From the IMG/VR virus record IMGVR_UViG_3300035208_001807, positions 64,001 through 128,000 of that record: a DNA stretch of 64,000 nt; one strand, 5' to 3'. Source of the stretch: a virus (taxonomy: Duplodnaviria; Caudoviricetes). Shown here piece after piece: positions 62,380 through 64,000 of the stretch. The stretch's first letter is position 1. Every line of letters begins with the position of its first letter. Both the position numbers and the translations under genes were made by a program. The notes under the pieces were generated by a model. The model was not told the DNA's origin, did no database searches, and saw only the letters and a program-made list of their open reading frames with translations.

Positions 62380-62820
62380 ATGACTGAGAAGAAGAGAACC
62401 ACTGAAGATAGGATTGTAGAACTAGAAAGTGCTGTGAACCAGTTAGCTGATGGCTTTAATAAGCTAGCCGAGGACGTATCTCACGACCTTACTAACCTAG
62501 CTGGCGGACTCCATAGGACCTACTCGGTATCTGTAGCGTCCCAGATTCTTGCAGAATCATGTGCAAGGTATATGGCCGGGTATAAGGCCGGTGACTTTAC
62601 CAAGGAATTCGATAATGCTGTAGAGCATGATGAGCTTGAGACTCTTAAGATGACTGCCCACGGCGATTTTGACCTTGAACGCTTCCTTACTTTAGCTAAG
62701 GAAACAGCTCAGATCTTTGTTAAGATCAGGGAGTTGGAGATCAAGAAGCGCAAGGATGCTCAAGCCAAGGCTGAATCTAAGATCATCCAGCTTGAACAGC
62801 CCAAGATCATAATTCCGTAA
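62380..62820 (+). CDS. Coiled-coil hypothetical protein
   Basis: 146 aa, RBS present. Confidence 0.7.
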   Translation: MTEKKRTTEDRIVELESAVNQLADGFNKLAEDVSHDLTNLAGGLHRTYSVSVASQILAESCARYMAGYKAGDFTKEFDNAVEHDELETLKMTAHGDFDLERFLTLAKETAQIFVKIRELEIKKRKDAQAKAESKIIQLEQPKIIIP

Positions 62821-62829
62821 GGAGATACC

Positions 62830-63420
62830 ATGGCCTCAGGATTAGAACCTGTCTACTACGGAAGAGTACCTGTGTCCTACTATGCCGTTAATGGCTCTAC
62901 TGATAACACTTCTCATATGATAGCAGGAGCCACTATGCCATCGCATCAATCAATGTATGTTCAACACTTTGGTTCTATCCCTACAGTAGATGTCCAGGGG
63001 ATTGCCAAGGCTGCGGTTGAATCTATAAAGATAGAAGAGATTATCAAGAGGATCGTGGAGAGTCATGCGCGCTCTTCGCTAACCTCCTTGGGCGGGAAGA
63101 CTGTATCTATTCCGGGGTCTCAGATTACACCTATGCTGGAGAGTATACAGGAAGAAGTAAGGGCGGAAATTACGAAGGCCTTGGATGGTCTTGGTACAAA
63201 GATCAACGAGATGGTTCAGAAGGCTGTTATAGAGATCCACAAAGATGTGCAGAATAGCCCAGACCCATTTGATGAGTGGAAGAAGATCTATGGACCGGGA
63301 TCACCGTATACTATTCGTCCTATAGAGGATCCTCATATCATTAGAGCCGGAGATACTTGGGTAGATTCTACCACTGGTACCAGTGTAACTTATACAGCAA
63401 CGAACAGCTCTACTGATTAA
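62830..63420 (+). CDS. Hypothetical protein
   Basis: AAGGAG RBS, 196 aa. Confidence 0.7.
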   Translation: MASGLEPVYYGRVPVSYYAVNGSTDNTSHMIAGATMPSHQSMYVQHFGSIPTVDVQGIAKAAVESIKIEEIIKRIVESHARSSLTSLGGKTVSIPGSQITPMLESIQEEVRAEITKALDGLGTKINEMVQKAVIEIHKDVQNSPDPFDEWKKIYGPGSPYTIRPIEDPHIIRAGDTWVDSTTGTSVTYTATNSSTD

Positions 63421-63782
63421 GCATTCTTACCTAATTCAACCCACATCCATGACGTGTTATTAGTTTGCCTTAATGCCCAGCGGCTCCAACCCAATCTATC
63501 AACCCATATCCACATCTCGCGAGATGCCTGAGAAGGAACAAATGTTCCTCTTATGTGTTCGGCATCCTCTTTATACTCGCTGTCTATATTGAATTCCTTT
63601 AGGGCTGTCCTCTTCTTTTCTCTCTTACATTGAATGAAGCGGACTTCATTCTCGTTCCAGCCTATGAGATCAAATAGGCCATGAGAGCCTGAGGCGCGGA
63701 TACATGTAAAGCCAGAGTCTTGAAGCATCTTTATAGCTTCATATTCCTTTACTCGGCCTCTGATATAGTTCTTATTTGGCAT
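63417..63782 (-). CDS. Hjc-like PD-(D/E)xK Holliday junction resolvase
   Basis: G..KE...L...GF..IRASGS.G.FDLI...FIQCK. Confidence 0.8.
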   Translation of the reverse strand: MPNKNYIRGRVKEYEAIKMLQDSGFTCIRASGSHGLFDLIGWNENEVRFIQCKREKKRTALKEFNIDSEYKEDAEHIRGTFVPSQASREMWIWVDRLGWSRWALRQTNNTSWMWVELGKNA

Positions 63783-63975
63783 CGTCGATATCCAGTAGTC
63801 TATCTAGTGACATAAAGCCATCCGCATCAGCACTAGCTGCATTCTTCTTCATGCTTTCTTCTGTGATCTCGTCCATATACTGAGCAATGTCAGTTATGTC
63901 ACCATCAGCTAGAGCTTTAGGGTCGACAGGAACATTGCCATCTTTGACAGCATCATCAGGGAAGAAGCGTCGCAT
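63772..63975 (-). CDS. Acidic hypothetical protein (may extend beyond the window)
   Basis: ORF overlapping the resolvase start. Confidence 0.5.
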   Translation of the reverse strand: MRRFFPDDAVKDGNVPVDPKALADGDITDIAQYMDEITEESMKKNAASADADGFMSLDRLLDIDDAK

Positions 63976-64000
63976 TTCCTCGCCTATGATATTGTTGGCA

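Noticed and set aside
1-64000. Genome-wide TAG reassignment
   Set aside because: Conserved genes are uninterrupted in code 11 and several end at TAG at plausible C-termini.

Overview
This 64 kb window looks like part of a large (jumbo-type) dsDNA bacteriophage genome. It is gene-dense, almost entirely + strand, reads well in the standard code, and shows no virion structural genes. It holds: (1) a tRNA cluster at 0-9.6 kb plus scattered tRNAs, including four tRNA genes split by HNH-endonuclease cassettes that each carry an intact replacement tRNA, two rearranged Arg tRNAs and an amber (CUA) tRNA; (2) a promoter-driven array of seven Y-RNA-like genes sharing a covarying Ro-binding-type stem but with different internal domains, directly upstream of a Ro60/TROVE gene; (3) a prokaryotic ubiquitin-like module (Ubl, E2-like, JAB, E1/ThiF) running into an RNA-repair block (PNK/phosphatase, nucleotidyltransferase, Rnl1 ligase); (4) a retron-like reverse transcriptase with an FSDN catalytic motif behind a ~640 nt hairpin-rich non-coding region; (5) replication and metabolism genes (family-4 UDG, SpoVG-like and Whirly-like ssDNA binders, Tmk, NrdJ, DnaE, sigma factor, DNA ligase, RecA, Hjc-like resolvase, SAM decarboxylase-like). 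Four unrelated proteins end in the same LxxLVD-stop motif. All calls come from reading motifs and base pairing by eye; no searches or folding were run.
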